Positions 15,734 through 24,000 of a DNA stretch of 24,000 bases are shown one piece after another. The first letter of the stretch is position 1. Every line of letters starts with the position of its first letter. Source of the stretch: Aliidiomarina minuta. GTDB lineage: Bacteria > Pseudomonadota > Gammaproteobacteria > Enterobacterales > Alteromonadaceae. The DNA lies in NCBI RefSeq assembly GCF_003987145.1, contig NZ_PIPL01000004.1, positions 120,503-144,502 on the forward strand, read 5' to 3'. Both the position numbers and the translations under genes were made by a program. The notes under the pieces were generated by a model. It did not search any database. It was not told where the DNA came from and saw nothing but the letters and a program-made list of their open reading frames with translations.

Positions 15734-16762
15734 ATGGACACAATAAAAAATCTGGCTGACTACAGCGCCGCTTTGAAACTGCAGCAACAATCTCCGCTTA
15801 AACGGCGGAGACGTTGGGGTGTGCTTGCCGGTGGTGCTGTGATTGGTGGCCTGGGAGCTGCTTTGATGGCGCCGACAGCTGCTGCAGCAGTGGCTGCCGG
15901 AGGCGCGGCTAAGATTGGCTTTGGGGCGGGCTTATTTAAAACCGCCGGGGTTATCTTAGGCTCCAAAAGTCTGACGGCCGCGATGGGCGGTTATAAGGGC
16001 ATGAGCCTGGCGCATAGTTATTTTCGGGACGTGCAGAACTTCGACTTTATACCTTTGACGGAAATAGATGAAAGTCAGCCGCACCAACTGATAGTGATTA
16101 ATGGTTTTCTCAGTGAAGATGATCGTGAGTACGCCGACTGGCGCGATGCGTTGCAAGCTTCAAACGTGACCCAGCCGACCTGGTTGTTGAGCTGGGAATC
16201 GAAACGTTTGCGCGAGCTGAGCGGCACTTTTACCGGGCTTGGTGTGCAGAGTCTGATGAGGGGCAGTATACGTAGTTTGCCTATAGGTCTGGCGTCTCAT
16301 GTGGCGGATAATGCCTGGCATGGTGCGCAAATGAATGCCCGTAAAGCCGGGCTTTTGTTAGCAGAGGCTATTCGACAGACCCCCGACACTCGTTACAGCA
16401 TTATCGGCCACTCCTTAGGCGCCCGTGTGGCTTTTTATGCCTTGCAGTCGCTGGCTGGTACGGCTGAGCCAGGCGCTGTGCCGCGGGTTGAGAATACTAT
16501 TTTACTGGGCGCCGCTCAGGGTCGTAGAAATCACCTTAAATGGCAAAAAGCGGCGGCGGCCTGCAGTGGTCAGCTTATTAACTGTTACTCCGACCGGGAT
16601 ACTGTGCTGCGCTGGATGTACCAGGGCATTAATGCAGGCATGTCGCGTCCGGCGGGTCTGGGCACAGCACCTTCGCCAGTAGTTAATCTGGATTGTTCAG
16701 ACCTGGTTGCAGCTCATACCGACTGGAAGCGACACTTACCTGAAGTGCTTAAGCGCTGTTAA
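15734..16762 (+). CDS. DUF726 family alpha/beta-hydrolase-like membrane protein (TMCO4-like)
   Basis: 342 aa. Gly/Ala-rich hydrophobic N-terminal region and a nucleophile elbow GHSLGARV. A late D...H (SDRDTV ... AAHTDW) is compatible with a catalytic triad. Confidence 0.65.
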   Translation: MDTIKNLADYSAALKLQQQSPLKRRRRWGVLAGGAVIGGLGAALMAPTAAAAVAAGGAAKIGFGAGLFKTAGVILGSKSLTAAMGGYKGMSLAHSYFRDVQNFDFIPLTEIDESQPHQLIVINGFLSEDDREYADWRDALQASNVTQPTWLLSWESKRLRELSGTFTGLGVQSLMRGSIRSLPIGLASHVADNAWHGAQMNARKAGLLLAEAIRQTPDTRYSIIGHSLGARVAFYALQSLAGTAEPGAVPRVENTILLGAAQGRRNHLKWQKAAAACSGQLINCYSDRDTVLRWMYQGINAGMSRPAGLGTAPSPVVNLDCSDLVAAHTDWKRHLPEVLKRC

Positions 16763-16795
16763 TCATCCCACACGGGCGCGAAGTCGGGATCAATA
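16736..16795. repeat. Direct repeat copy A: real 3' end of the DUF726 gene plus a relic of the aldo/keto reductase 3' end
   Basis: Matches 18437..18496 at 53 of 60 positions at a constant offset of 1701 nt. The reverse complement of 16763..16795 reads IDPDFAPVWDD-stop, identical to the C-terminus of the reductase encoded at 18460. Confidence 0.85.
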
Positions 16796-16808
16796 GGAGG
16801 CTGTACAA

Positions 16809-18335
16809 TTAACGGCGGAAACCGATACGAAAGCCGCCCCAGTGTTTGCCCCTGATGAAAATTGGAACCGACAGGTCATGCAAAATTTCCCCTGTGTCGC
16901 GCTTATAGGTCTGCAGTAACATAGGTTGCGTATTGCTGCCACAGCGACTGCCCGTGCGGTCGCTGAAAATACGCTTGCTGCGGTTATGAATCAGATCCTG
17001 TTCGTAGTTGCCGGTAAGCGGCTGACTGAATTTTTTATTGTGGGTGGGGAAGTACCCTTTACGATCGACGGCCCCTGCATACATAATATTTGCGTGGTGC
17101 TGCAAAACAGGCTCCTGAATATCTGCAAAGTGGTCATCGCTGAAGCTGTCATAATCGGTGTGATATTTTTGCGGGTTGGTGCCTTTAATAGGGCGATAGT
17201 TCTGACTGAAAACAGCAGACTCGCTTAGCTCCCCGGTTGCAATTGCGTCTTCAAATAAATCGCTTATGGCCTTGGCGGCGCGCTTTGCTTCTTCTAAAAC
17301 AGGTGCATAAAAGCTATTGTCACTGACTTGACTTAACTCCAGATATATAGTTTCAGTTTCTTCGGATAAGCTTACCGCCTGATCCGCGATTGTCTGTCCT
17401 TTGTTTTCTATGTCGTCAAGTGTCTTCGTAAGGTTGACGACTGACTGGTTCATCTGACCGCTGGTTTCATATAAACCGACCGAGACCTGCTCTATTTGTT
17501 CAAGCGTTGTAGAAGCCGAACTGATTTGTTGATTGATTTTATTAAAGCCACTGGCTGTCTGCTGCAACTCTTGCTGTACCTGATCACTGTTAACTTTGAG
17601 TTGTTGCATGAGTTCCGCGCTTTGCTGACTTTGATCACGGATATCGCTGAGCATCGAAGTGATTTCCTGTGTTGCCCCGGACGTTTTAGCTGCCAGGTTG
17701 CGGACTTCGTCGGCGACGACCGCAAAACCACGCCCCTGTTCTCCTGCCCTTGCTGCTTCAATAGCGGCATTTAACGCGAGCAGGTTGGTCTGTTCAGCTA
17801 CCTGCGTAATGACTTCCGTGATTTTCTGAATATTATCGGCGCTGCTGCGTAGTTGATCGAGTTTTTCAGCAGTGTGGGTAATGAAATCCGCCAGTTCGTT
17901 AATACGGCTAACCCCTTTCTGTAAACGCTCATCGGCTTCTGCGGTAGAGGACGCGGTATGTTGCAGCGTGTCCGTAATGCTCTGCATGCTATGACTGAGC
18001 TGATTGCTGGTGCTGGCTAGTTGCTCGCTGGCGCCGCCAAGTTCGGTACTCGCCTGACTACTATGCTGGATTTCATTGATTAGCCCGTCGATATAAAATG
18101 AAACTTCGGCGGCGCCGATGGCCAGTTTAGAAGTGGCTTCATTGATGCTTTTAATATCAGGCTCGGGCGCAACGTCAATCTGAGTCTCTGTTTTACCAGG
18201 GCTGAACTGAGAGGGCAGAAAAATAGCAACACCTGCCACAATAGTCACCAGCACGACAGAAAGCCAGGCGGGGACATTAAGCCAAAGCAGAACGATCTGC
18301 GACAGCACCACAAGCAAAACACCCAGATACTTCAT
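16809..18335 (-). CDS. Methyl-accepting chemotaxis protein with a C-terminal extra domain
   Basis: 508 aa. Two N-terminal TM helices with almost no loop between them. Highly conserved signalling hairpin [38 protein letters not shown]. This is followed by a roughly 170 aa C-terminal domain ending [12 protein letters not shown]. Confidence 0.9.
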   Translation of the reverse strand: MKYLGVLLVVLSQIVLLWLNVPAWLSVVLVTIVAGVAIFLPSQFSPGKTETQIDVAPEPDIKSINEATSKLAIGAAEVSFYIDGLINEIQHSSQASTELGGASEQLASTSNQLSHSMQSITDTLQHTASSTAEADERLQKGVSRINELADFITHTAEKLDQLRSSADNIQKITEVITQVAEQTNLLALNAAIEAARAGEQGRGFAVVADEVRNLAAKTSGATQEITSMLSDIRDQSQQSAELMQQLKVNSDQVQQELQQTASGFNKINQQISSASTTLEQIEQVSVGLYETSGQMNQSVVNLTKTLDDIENKGQTIADQAVSLSEETETIYLELSQVSDNSFYAPVLEEAKRAAKAISDLFEDAIATGELSESAVFSQNYRPIKGTNPQKYHTDYDSFSDDHFADIQEPVLQHHANIMYAGAVDRKGYFPTHNKKFSQPLTGNYEQDLIHNRSKRIFSDRTGSRCGSNTQPMLLQTYKRDTGEILHDLSVPIFIRGKHWGGFRIGFRR

Positions 18336-18436
18336 AAGTCAGCTCCAGCCAGAACAGAATGATCATCTTTTGTAGCACAACCAGTCTGAATAGGCTGTCT
18401 TCTACGACTAAAGTCTGTGCCCAGACTGGCCGTAGT

Positions 18437-18496
18437 TAACCTGGAGTGTTTAAGCGCCGTTAATCATCCCACACGGGTGCGAAGTCCGGGTCAATA
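18437..18496. repeat. Direct repeat copy B: relic of the DUF726 3' end plus the real 3' end of the aldo/keto reductase
   Basis: Partner of 16736..16795. 18446..18462 reads VFKRR-stop in the frame where copy A encodes the real DUF726 end VLKRC-stop. Confidence 0.85.
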
Positions 18497-19260
18497 ATAC
18501 GCTCGCCTCTGTCGAGTGAATTTATCTGGTGCATCTGATTCTGAGTCAGGTGCAAATGCTGGGCATCAAAATTACTGCGCAGGTGTTCTGGTTTAATGGT
18601 TGAAGGAATCACCGCGCGTTTGTTCTGTAACAGCCAGGCCAGCGTAATAGCCGCTGGTGAGGTGTCATGCTCTTCGGCTATTTGTTGCAACGTGGGCTCC
18701 TGCATGACTTTACCCACAGCGAGCGGCATATAAGCGGTGACGCGAATGCCCAGCTCATCACAGCGGTTGGCAACGGCGCGATTCTGCATAAAAGGGTGCA
18801 TTTCGATCTGGTTGGTCAGGATGTTTTCTGCACCTACATGGCCGGTAGCCTGGCGTAATAAATCCAGGGTGAAGTTAGACACGCCAAAGTTACGGATCAG
18901 ACCGTCCTGGCGCGCTTTCATTAAAGCATCCAGGGTTTCTTTTAAGGGCACTTCGTTATTGGGGGAAGGCCAGTGGATCAATGCCAGATCCAACTGTTCT
19001 TTTTGCAGTTGATCAGCGCTGCGGCGCAGGCTGTCCAGCAGCGCGTAATGCTCAAGATCTTCATACCATACTTTGGTGGTGACAAAGACTTTGTCTTTCG
19101 CCACTTTGGACTGATTCAGGGCCTTGCCAACGGCGTCTTCGTTGCCGTACATGGTGGCGGTGTCGATGTGCCGATAACCGATGTCCAGTGCTTGTAATAC
19201 CAGGTCAGTCAGTTGTTTGCCCTGAATACGAAAAGTGCCAAAGCCTACGGGTTCAAACAT
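18460..19260 (-). CDS. Aldo/keto reductase (2,5-diketo-D-gluconate reductase-like)
   Basis: 266 aa. GYRHIDTATMYGNE, LALIHWP and IPSTIKPEHLRSNF blocks are typical of short-form AKRs. GGAGGA Shine-Dalgarno sequence upstream. Confidence 0.9.
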   Translation of the reverse strand: MFEPVGFGTFRIQGKQLTDLVLQALDIGYRHIDTATMYGNEDAVGKALNQSKVAKDKVFVTTKVWYEDLEHYALLDSLRRSADQLQKEQLDLALIHWPSPNNEVPLKETLDALMKARQDGLIRNFGVSNFTLDLLRQATGHVGAENILTNQIEMHPFMQNRAVANRCDELGIRVTAYMPLAVGKVMQEPTLQQIAEEHDTSPAAITLAWLLQNKRAVIPSTIKPEHLRSNFDAQHLHLTQNQMHQINSLDRGERIIDPDFAPVWDD

Positions 19261-19342
19261 AGTTCCTCCACAAAAAATATGAATAAACTAAATATAGAAA
19301 CCGCGCAGGACTTTGTACAACCTGGCAGGTATTTTTACCCGT

Positions 19343-20074
19343 TTAGTCGGCTAGTGTAGTTTCCAGCTGTTTGCTGAAAGCGCGGATACGGGCTGCGTTG
19401 GCGCCCACATCACTGCGGCCGATACGCGATTTGCTGCGTATATCCAGCAGGCTTTGTTCACCATCTGCAACTACACGAATGACCACGTCATCTTTAAAAC
19501 CAAACCAGAAGGTGGTGGCGGTGGCTTCGATACGGCCTTCATTCGCATTGGCATCGACCAGTTCCCAGCCCGAGCGGTTAACTACTTCCAGAGCGGCTTC
19601 AAATACCTGCTGGGGTGGTTGGTTAAAACGCAGTGTCTGAACTTCAGGGTAGTGCTCGCGTTGTTGTTCAGCGGTTTCTTCGCCGGCATATTCAACCGGA
19701 TTCGGAGCATCTGCGCGTAAGGGCGCAATCTCAACAAATTCAGGCGGGTTGCTGGTGTCGGTTGAAATATCATGAATAGGGGGTACCGAACGCGCGGTTT
19801 GCAACTGACTATACGGCAGATAAAAAGCAATAAAGGCAGCAATGAAGGAAATCGCCAGCGTTGCTCTGCGCCCGGTAGTGCCTGGACGGGCTACAAAGAA
19901 GGCAATGATGACCAGCACCATGGCTGCGATGCCCAGATAGGCGGCCCAGCGCATAATAGCAAAAGAGGTGCTGAAGTGAATAATATCAATACGGTACAGA
20001 GGGCCTGCAACCAGTAGCATGATCAGTGCCAGCAAACCCGCCGCAGACGCCAGATAGTAGAATATGTTACGCAT
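19343..20074 (-). CDS. DUF1499 domain membrane protein
   Basis: 243 aa with N-terminal TM helices. PPIHDISTDTSNPPEF and IEATATTFWFGFKDDVVIRV...DIRSKSRIGRSDVGANAARIRAF match the remembered DUF1499 consensus. Confidence 0.75.
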   Translation of the reverse strand: MRNIFYYLASAAGLLALIMLLVAGPLYRIDIIHFSTSFAIMRWAAYLGIAAMVLVIIAFFVARPGTTGRRATLAISFIAAFIAFYLPYSQLQTARSVPPIHDISTDTSNPPEFVEIAPLRADAPNPVEYAGEETAEQQREHYPEVQTLRFNQPPQQVFEAALEVVNRSGWELVDANANEGRIEATATTFWFGFKDDVVIRVVADGEQSLLDIRSKSRIGRSDVGANAARIRAFSKQLETTLAD

Positions 20075-20158
20075 AATAAACCTCGGTTATTGTTCTTTTA
20101 TAGTCAGTCTTTACGTATAGATGTACCATCATAGTTCATTTTGGGAAACGAAATAATT

Positions 20159-20995
20159 ATGCAGTGGCTGCTGGATTACGAATTATGGTTCAGGCTGAGC
20201 TTTTTTATCGGGCTGCTGGCGCTTTTTATTGGTCTGGAACAAGCCAGACCAAAAAGGGCGCTAAGCCGCAAGTTAAGTTCACGCTGGCTGAGCAACGGCC
20301 TGGTTATCAGTATTGATACTATTATTCTGCGCCTGCTGTTTCCGACAGCGGCGGTAGGCGTTGCGCTGTGGGCGCAACAATACGGGCATGGGCTGTTGAA
20401 CTGGTTAACAGTGCCTGGCTGGTTGGCTATCCTGCTCGCCTTTGTCATTCTGGATTTTGCGATATGGGCCCAACACCTGGTGTTTCACCGTATTCCCTGG
20501 TTGTGGCGTGTGCATCGCATGCACCATACGGATATCGATGTGGATGTGACAACTGCACTGCGTTTCCATCCTATAGAAATGGTGTTGTCGCTGCTGATAA
20601 AAATGGCGGTGATAGTGCTTATCGGAGCACCCGTAGTGGCGGTGGTGCTGTTTGAGGTGGTCTTAAATGGCGTCGCCATGTTTAACCACAGCAATATTCG
20701 TTTGGGTGCTAAAACAGACCGGGTGCTGCGCTATTTCATTGTCACGCCGGACATGCACCGGGTGCATCATTCCTGGCATAAACATGAAACCAACAGTAAT
20801 TATGGTTTTAATCTACCCTGGTGGGATCGTTTATTTGCGACCTACCGGGATCAGCCCGAAGATGGCCATGACAGCATGACCTTAGGTATTAATCAGTTCC
20901 GTGAACCTGAGGATAATCGAATTCATTATATTTTATGGCAACCTTTTCGTGGTTCTGCACGTAGTGCTTCAACCAGACCCTCTAAACCTGATTAA
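20159..20995 (+). CDS. Fatty acid hydroxylase / sterol desaturase superfamily membrane di-iron enzyme
   Basis: I chose the ATG at 20159; the track begins at TTG 20141. Histidine boxes HLVFHR, HRMHH and HRVHH lie within a polytopic membrane protein. Confidence 0.85.
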   Translation: MQWLLDYELWFRLSFFIGLLALFIGLEQARPKRALSRKLSSRWLSNGLVISIDTIILRLLFPTAAVGVALWAQQYGHGLLNWLTVPGWLAILLAFVILDFAIWAQHLVFHRIPWLWRVHRMHHTDIDVDVTTALRFHPIEMVLSLLIKMAVIVLIGAPVVAVVLFEVVLNGVAMFNHSNIRLGAKTDRVLRYFIVTPDMHRVHHSWHKHETNSNYGFNLPWWDRLFATYRDQPEDGHDSMTLGINQFREPEDNRIHYILWQPFRGSARSASTRPSKPD

Positions 20996-21004
20996 GGAAA
21001 CCCG

Positions 21005-23161
21005 ATGCGCATAACCCGAGTCCTGTTGTTACTGGTGGTAGCGATATTAATTGGCGGATTTTTTGCTTTTGATCTGCAGCACTACCTGGCACTGGACGAA
21101 TTACAGCGTCATCAGTCTGAATTGACCCGTTTACGTGACCAGTATCTGTTGCAGTCCTTAGTCGTTGCTTTTGTGATTTATGTGCTGGTGACCGCATTTT
21201 CGCTGCCTGGGGCCGCCATTATGACGCTGGCGATGGGCGCGATTTTTGGTTTTGGCTGGGGTTTATTGCTGGTGTCTTTTGCTTCGGCAATGGGCGCAAC
21301 GCTGGCCTTTTTAATTTCACGTTTTCTTTTGCGCGACTGGGTACAGAACAAATTCAGCCGTCGCCTGCATACGGTGGATAAACGGTTTTCGGAAGACGGC
21401 GCTTTTTACCTGTTAAGCCTGCGGCTGGTACCGGTGTTTCCGTTCTTTTTGATTAACCTGGTGATGGGCCTGACGCGCATAAAAACCTGGACCTTCTACT
21501 GGGTCAGTCAGGTGGGCATGCTGGCGGGAACTGCGGTTTATGTGAATGCGGGTACGCAGTTGGCGGCTATTGAAAGCACGGCAGATATTTTCTCCGGGCG
21601 TTTGCTTTTGTCGTTTACGCTGCTGGGTACTTTCCCGCTCATTGCTAAGGCTTTATTAAGTATTATTAAGCGCCGCCGTGAGTTAGCCAAGTGGAAAAAA
21701 CCACGTTCTTTTGACCGTAACCTGATTGTGATTGGCGGTGGTTCGGCGGGACTAGTGTCGGCTTATATAGGAGCCGCGGTAAAAGCGAAAGTCACTTTAG
21801 TGGAAGGTCATAAACTGGGTGGCGATTGTTTGAACACCGGCTGTGTGCCTTCTAAAACATTGATTAATGTGGCTCGCCAGGCGAAAGCCCGTCGACAGGC
21901 GGGTATGGGATTGCCGGCAGCTGAAACAAAAGTGAATTTCGGTGAGTTAATGACCCATGTTCAGCAGGTGATAAAACGCATTGAACCCCATGATTCAGTG
22001 GAACGCTACAGTGCACTGGGCGTGGATGTGGTGCTCGGAAAGGCGACTATTAAGTCGCCGTGGGAAGTGGTCATTAATACCGGTGAAGAAGAAAAACGCC
22101 TGACCACGCGCAATATTATTGTAGCCACCGGCGGCAAACCTGCGGTGCCTGATATTGAAGGCCTGCGGGAGCTGGACTATGTGACCAGCGATACCGTATG
22201 GCAGTTGACCGAACTTCCGCCGCGTCTGTTGGTGCTGGGTGGTGGCCCTATTGGTTGCGAACTGGCGCAGGCGTTTTCTGGTCTGGGGTCTGCGGTGACT
22301 CAACTGGAAATGGGCGATCGTTTGCTGGCGCGTGAAGATGACGACATCAGTGCTCTGGTGTTAGAACGCTTCAAGGCTGAAGACATAGATGTGCGCCTGA
22401 GTCAGCGTGCGGCTAAATTCAGTCAGACAGAGCAGGGGGCTGAGGTTACAGTCGAACATCTGAATGCCAGTGGCGAAGTCACAGAAACTGAAGTGATTGC
22501 TTTTGATAGGGTGCTGGTCGCAACCGGGCGTAAAGCTAACCTGGAGGGGTTTGGATTGCAGGAACTGGGCGTTAAAACCTCATCGGTTGTCGATAGCGAC
22601 GAGTTTATGCAAACCAGCATACCGACGATTTATGCAGCGGGTGATGTCACCGGGCCTTATCAGTTCACCCATACGGCTTCGCATCAGGCCTGGTATGCCA
22701 GTGTGAATGCCTTATTCTCACCTTTTAAGCGTTTTAAAGCCGATTATCGGGTAATCCCCTGGGCAACCTTCACTGATCCTGAAGTGGCCACTGTCGGGCT
22801 GAATGAACGTTTAGCCAAAGAGCAGGGCGTAGACTATGAAGTCACCCGTTATGAATTAGATGATTTGGACAGAGCCATTGCTGATAACAAAGCTTATGGT
22901 TTTATTAAGGTGCTGACAGTGCCTGGTAAAGATAAGATCTTAGGGGTGACTATGGCCGGTCCTGGCACTTCGGAGCTGATTGCAGAGTTTGTGCTGGCGA
23001 TGAAACATAACCTGGGGCTGAAAAAAATATTAGGCACCATTCATATTTACCCGACTATGAACGAAGCCAATAAATTTGCCGCAGGCGATTGGGCGCGCCA
23101 GCACGCGCCGCAAAAAGTACTGGCCTGGGTTGAGAAGTTTCACGGCTGGCGGCGCAGCTAA
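21005..23161 (+). CDS. Fusion protein: TVP38/TMEM64 (DedA-related, SNARE-associated) membrane domain plus class I pyridine nucleotide-disulfide oxidoreductase
   Basis: 718 aa. The first roughly 225 aa are a polytopic TVP38-like domain (LPGAAIMTLAMGAIFG, LRLVPVFPFFLINL). Then come VIGGGSAGL (FAD), the redox-active GGDCLNTGCVPSK, LVLGGGPIGCE (NAD(P)H) and a C-terminal HIYPTMNE dimerisation/His-Glu motif. Confidence 0.9.
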   Translation: MRITRVLLLLVVAILIGGFFAFDLQHYLALDELQRHQSELTRLRDQYLLQSLVVAFVIYVLVTAFSLPGAAIMTLAMGAIFGFGWGLLLVSFASAMGATLAFLISRFLLRDWVQNKFSRRLHTVDKRFSEDGAFYLLSLRLVPVFPFFLINLVMGLTRIKTWTFYWVSQVGMLAGTAVYVNAGTQLAAIESTADIFSGRLLLSFTLLGTFPLIAKALLSIIKRRRELAKWKKPRSFDRNLIVIGGGSAGLVSAYIGAAVKAKVTLVEGHKLGGDCLNTGCVPSKTLINVARQAKARRQAGMGLPAAETKVNFGELMTHVQQVIKRIEPHDSVERYSALGVDVVLGKATIKSPWEVVINTGEEEKRLTTRNIIVATGGKPAVPDIEGLRELDYVTSDTVWQLTELPPRLLVLGGGPIGCELAQAFSGLGSAVTQLEMGDRLLAREDDDISALVLERFKAEDIDVRLSQRAAKFSQTEQGAEVTVEHLNASGEVTETEVIAFDRVLVATGRKANLEGFGLQELGVKTSSVVDSDEFMQTSIPTIYAAGDVTGPYQFTHTASHQAWYASVNALFSPFKRFKADYRVIPWATFTDPEVATVGLNERLAKEQGVDYEVTRYELDDLDRAIADNKAYGFIKVLTVPGKDKILGVTMAGPGTSELIAEFVLAMKHNLGLKKILGTIHIYPTMNEANKFAAGDWARQHAPQKVLAWVEKFHGWRRS

Positions 23162-23162
23162 G

Positions 23163-24000
23163 TCAGTGCGCCTCTATCCAGTCTGAAACCCGGCGTTCGA
23201 GCAGGGGCAGGGGCAAAGCGCCTCCGCCCAGCACAGCGTCATGGAATTCACGGATATCAAAGCGGTCGCCTAAGGCTTGTTCGGCTTCGTTACGTAAATC
23301 CTGGATTCGCTGCATGCCTATTTTAAAGGATGTCGCCTGGCCTGGAATGGTCATGTAGCGATGCACTTCAGTGCGTACAGCACCCTCTGCAATGGGCGTT
23401 TTTTGCATGAAGTAGTCGATGGCATCCTCTTTCGTCCATTCTTTAGCGTGCAGCCCAGTGTCTACGACCAGCCTTACCGCCCGCCACAGCTCGGTGACTA
23501 CCTGACCAAACTCGGAATAAGGGTCTTCATAGGCCCCCATTTCCCGAGCCAGCCATTCGGCGTACAACGCCCAGCCTTCAGAATATACGGTGAAACGTGC
23601 CTGAGTTCGGAAATCCGGTGTGTTCTGCAACTGCTGCGCTATGGATATCTGCAAATGATGACCGGGCACGCCTTCATGGTAGGCAATGGCTTCGAGTTCG
23701 TTTTTGGGCATGGATTGCATATCGGAGAGGTGGGCATAAAACACCCCCGGCCGTGACCCGTCTGCCGCGCCCGACATATAGTGCTGGGGTGCGCCGTCCT
23801 GTTCACGATAAGCCTCTACCCGGCGCACTTCCAGTGGAATGTCGGGCAGGTTCTTAAAGTAGTCAGGCAATCGTTCCTGCATGGTGCCCAGGTAATCTCT
23901 TGCCTGTTGCAGATAGGCTTCGCGTCCTTCATTGGTGTTTGGGTAAAAGAAGCGCTCGTCGTTGCGTATATAACTGAAAAAGTCCTGCAGATCGCCGTCA
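23163..24000 (-). CDS. DUF885 family protein, C-terminal part. The gene continues beyond the right edge of the window.
   Basis: The frame stays open upstream of the listed Met at 23882 through 23999 (DGDLQDFFSYIRNDERFFYPNTNEGREAYLQQARDYLGTM...). The HEGVPGHHLQ motif and the typical roughly 600 aa family size imply truncation by the window. Confidence 0.75.
   Translation of the reverse strand, partial: DGDLQDFFSYIRNDERFFYPNTNEGREAYLQQARDYLGTMQERLPDYFKNLPDIPLEVRRVEAYREQDGAPQHYMSGAADGSRPGVFYAHLSDMQSMPKNELEAIAYHEGVPGHHLQISIAQQLQNTPDFRTQARFTVYSEGWALYAEWLAREMGAYEDPYSEFGQVVTELWRAVRLVVDTGLHAKEWTKEDAIDYFMQKTPIAEGAVRTEVHRYMTIPGQATSFKIGMQRIQDLRNEAEQALGDRFDIREFHDAVLGGGALPLPLLERRVSDWIEAH

Noticed and set aside
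16926-17774. ORFs 16926..17228 (+), 17492..17770 (-) and 17496..17774 (+) inside the chemoreceptor gene.
   Set aside because: They are embedded in the MCP coding region, whose signalling-domain motif is unambiguous. The heptad-repeat nucleotide composition of MCP genes commonly yields open alternate frames.
18382-18428. Inverted repeats CCAGTCTG/CAGACTGG and the inner AGTCTG-GGCA-CAGACT hairpin (18412..18427), considered as a terminator of the aldo/keto reductase.
   Set aside because: The stem is short and is followed by only TTTA on the minus strand. It may attenuate read-through into the MCP gene, but the evidence is too weak to annotate.
16796-18436. The MCP insert considered as an integron cassette or other recognised mobile element.
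   Set aside because: There is no integrase, transposase or terminal inverted repeats, and no attC-like structure with a GTTRRRY core that I could identify. The flanking repeat is a duplication of host gene ends, not an element-borne sequence.
1-24000. A whole-window scan for CRISPR arrays, tRNA or rRNA genes, toxin-antitoxin pairs, restriction-modification systems or known anti-phage defence genes.
   Set aside because: No spaced short repeats were seen. The intergenic regions are too short for structured RNA genes. No product shows nuclease, ATPase, methyltransferase or toxin-like motifs.

Overview
This 24 kb window looks like chromosomal DNA from a Gram-negative bacterium, probably an aquatic or marine gammaproteobacterium; that guess rests only on gene content and codon feel. 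Coding density is high. I see no rRNA, tRNA, CRISPR array, transposase, integrase or phage genes. All family assignments come from reading motifs in the supplied translations; no searches were run.

Gene content, left to right:
- a small hydrophobic ORF fragment and a DUF805 membrane protein (-)
- a TetR repressor divergent from a complete tripartite RND efflux operon (adaptor, pump, outer-membrane lipoprotein), with three operator-like repeats bracketing a sigma70-like promoter
- a secreted DUF3047 protein (-)
- a tightly coupled six-gene minus-strand operon (8221..12338): hypothetical, NrtS-like small membrane protein, DinB-like, NRDE/TANGO2 fused to a PlsC-like O-acyltransferase, OlsB/GlsB-like N-acyltransferase, AhpD/CMD-like CxxC protein. 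A cupin-AraC regulator is divergent from it.
- an exported thioredoxin plus CcdA pair
- a GAF-GGDEF cyclase and a DUF726 hydrolase
- a chemoreceptor gene flanked by a 60-nt direct duplication of the junction between DUF726 and an aldo/keto reductase
- a DUF1499 protein
- a fatty-acid-hydroxylase family gene followed by a TVP38/DedA-like domain fused to a flavoprotein disulfide reductase
- the 3' part of a DUF885 gene

The best candidate for an undescribed system is the six-gene aminolipid-like/redox operon and its unusual NRDE-acyltransferase fusion. I recognise no defence or mobile system.
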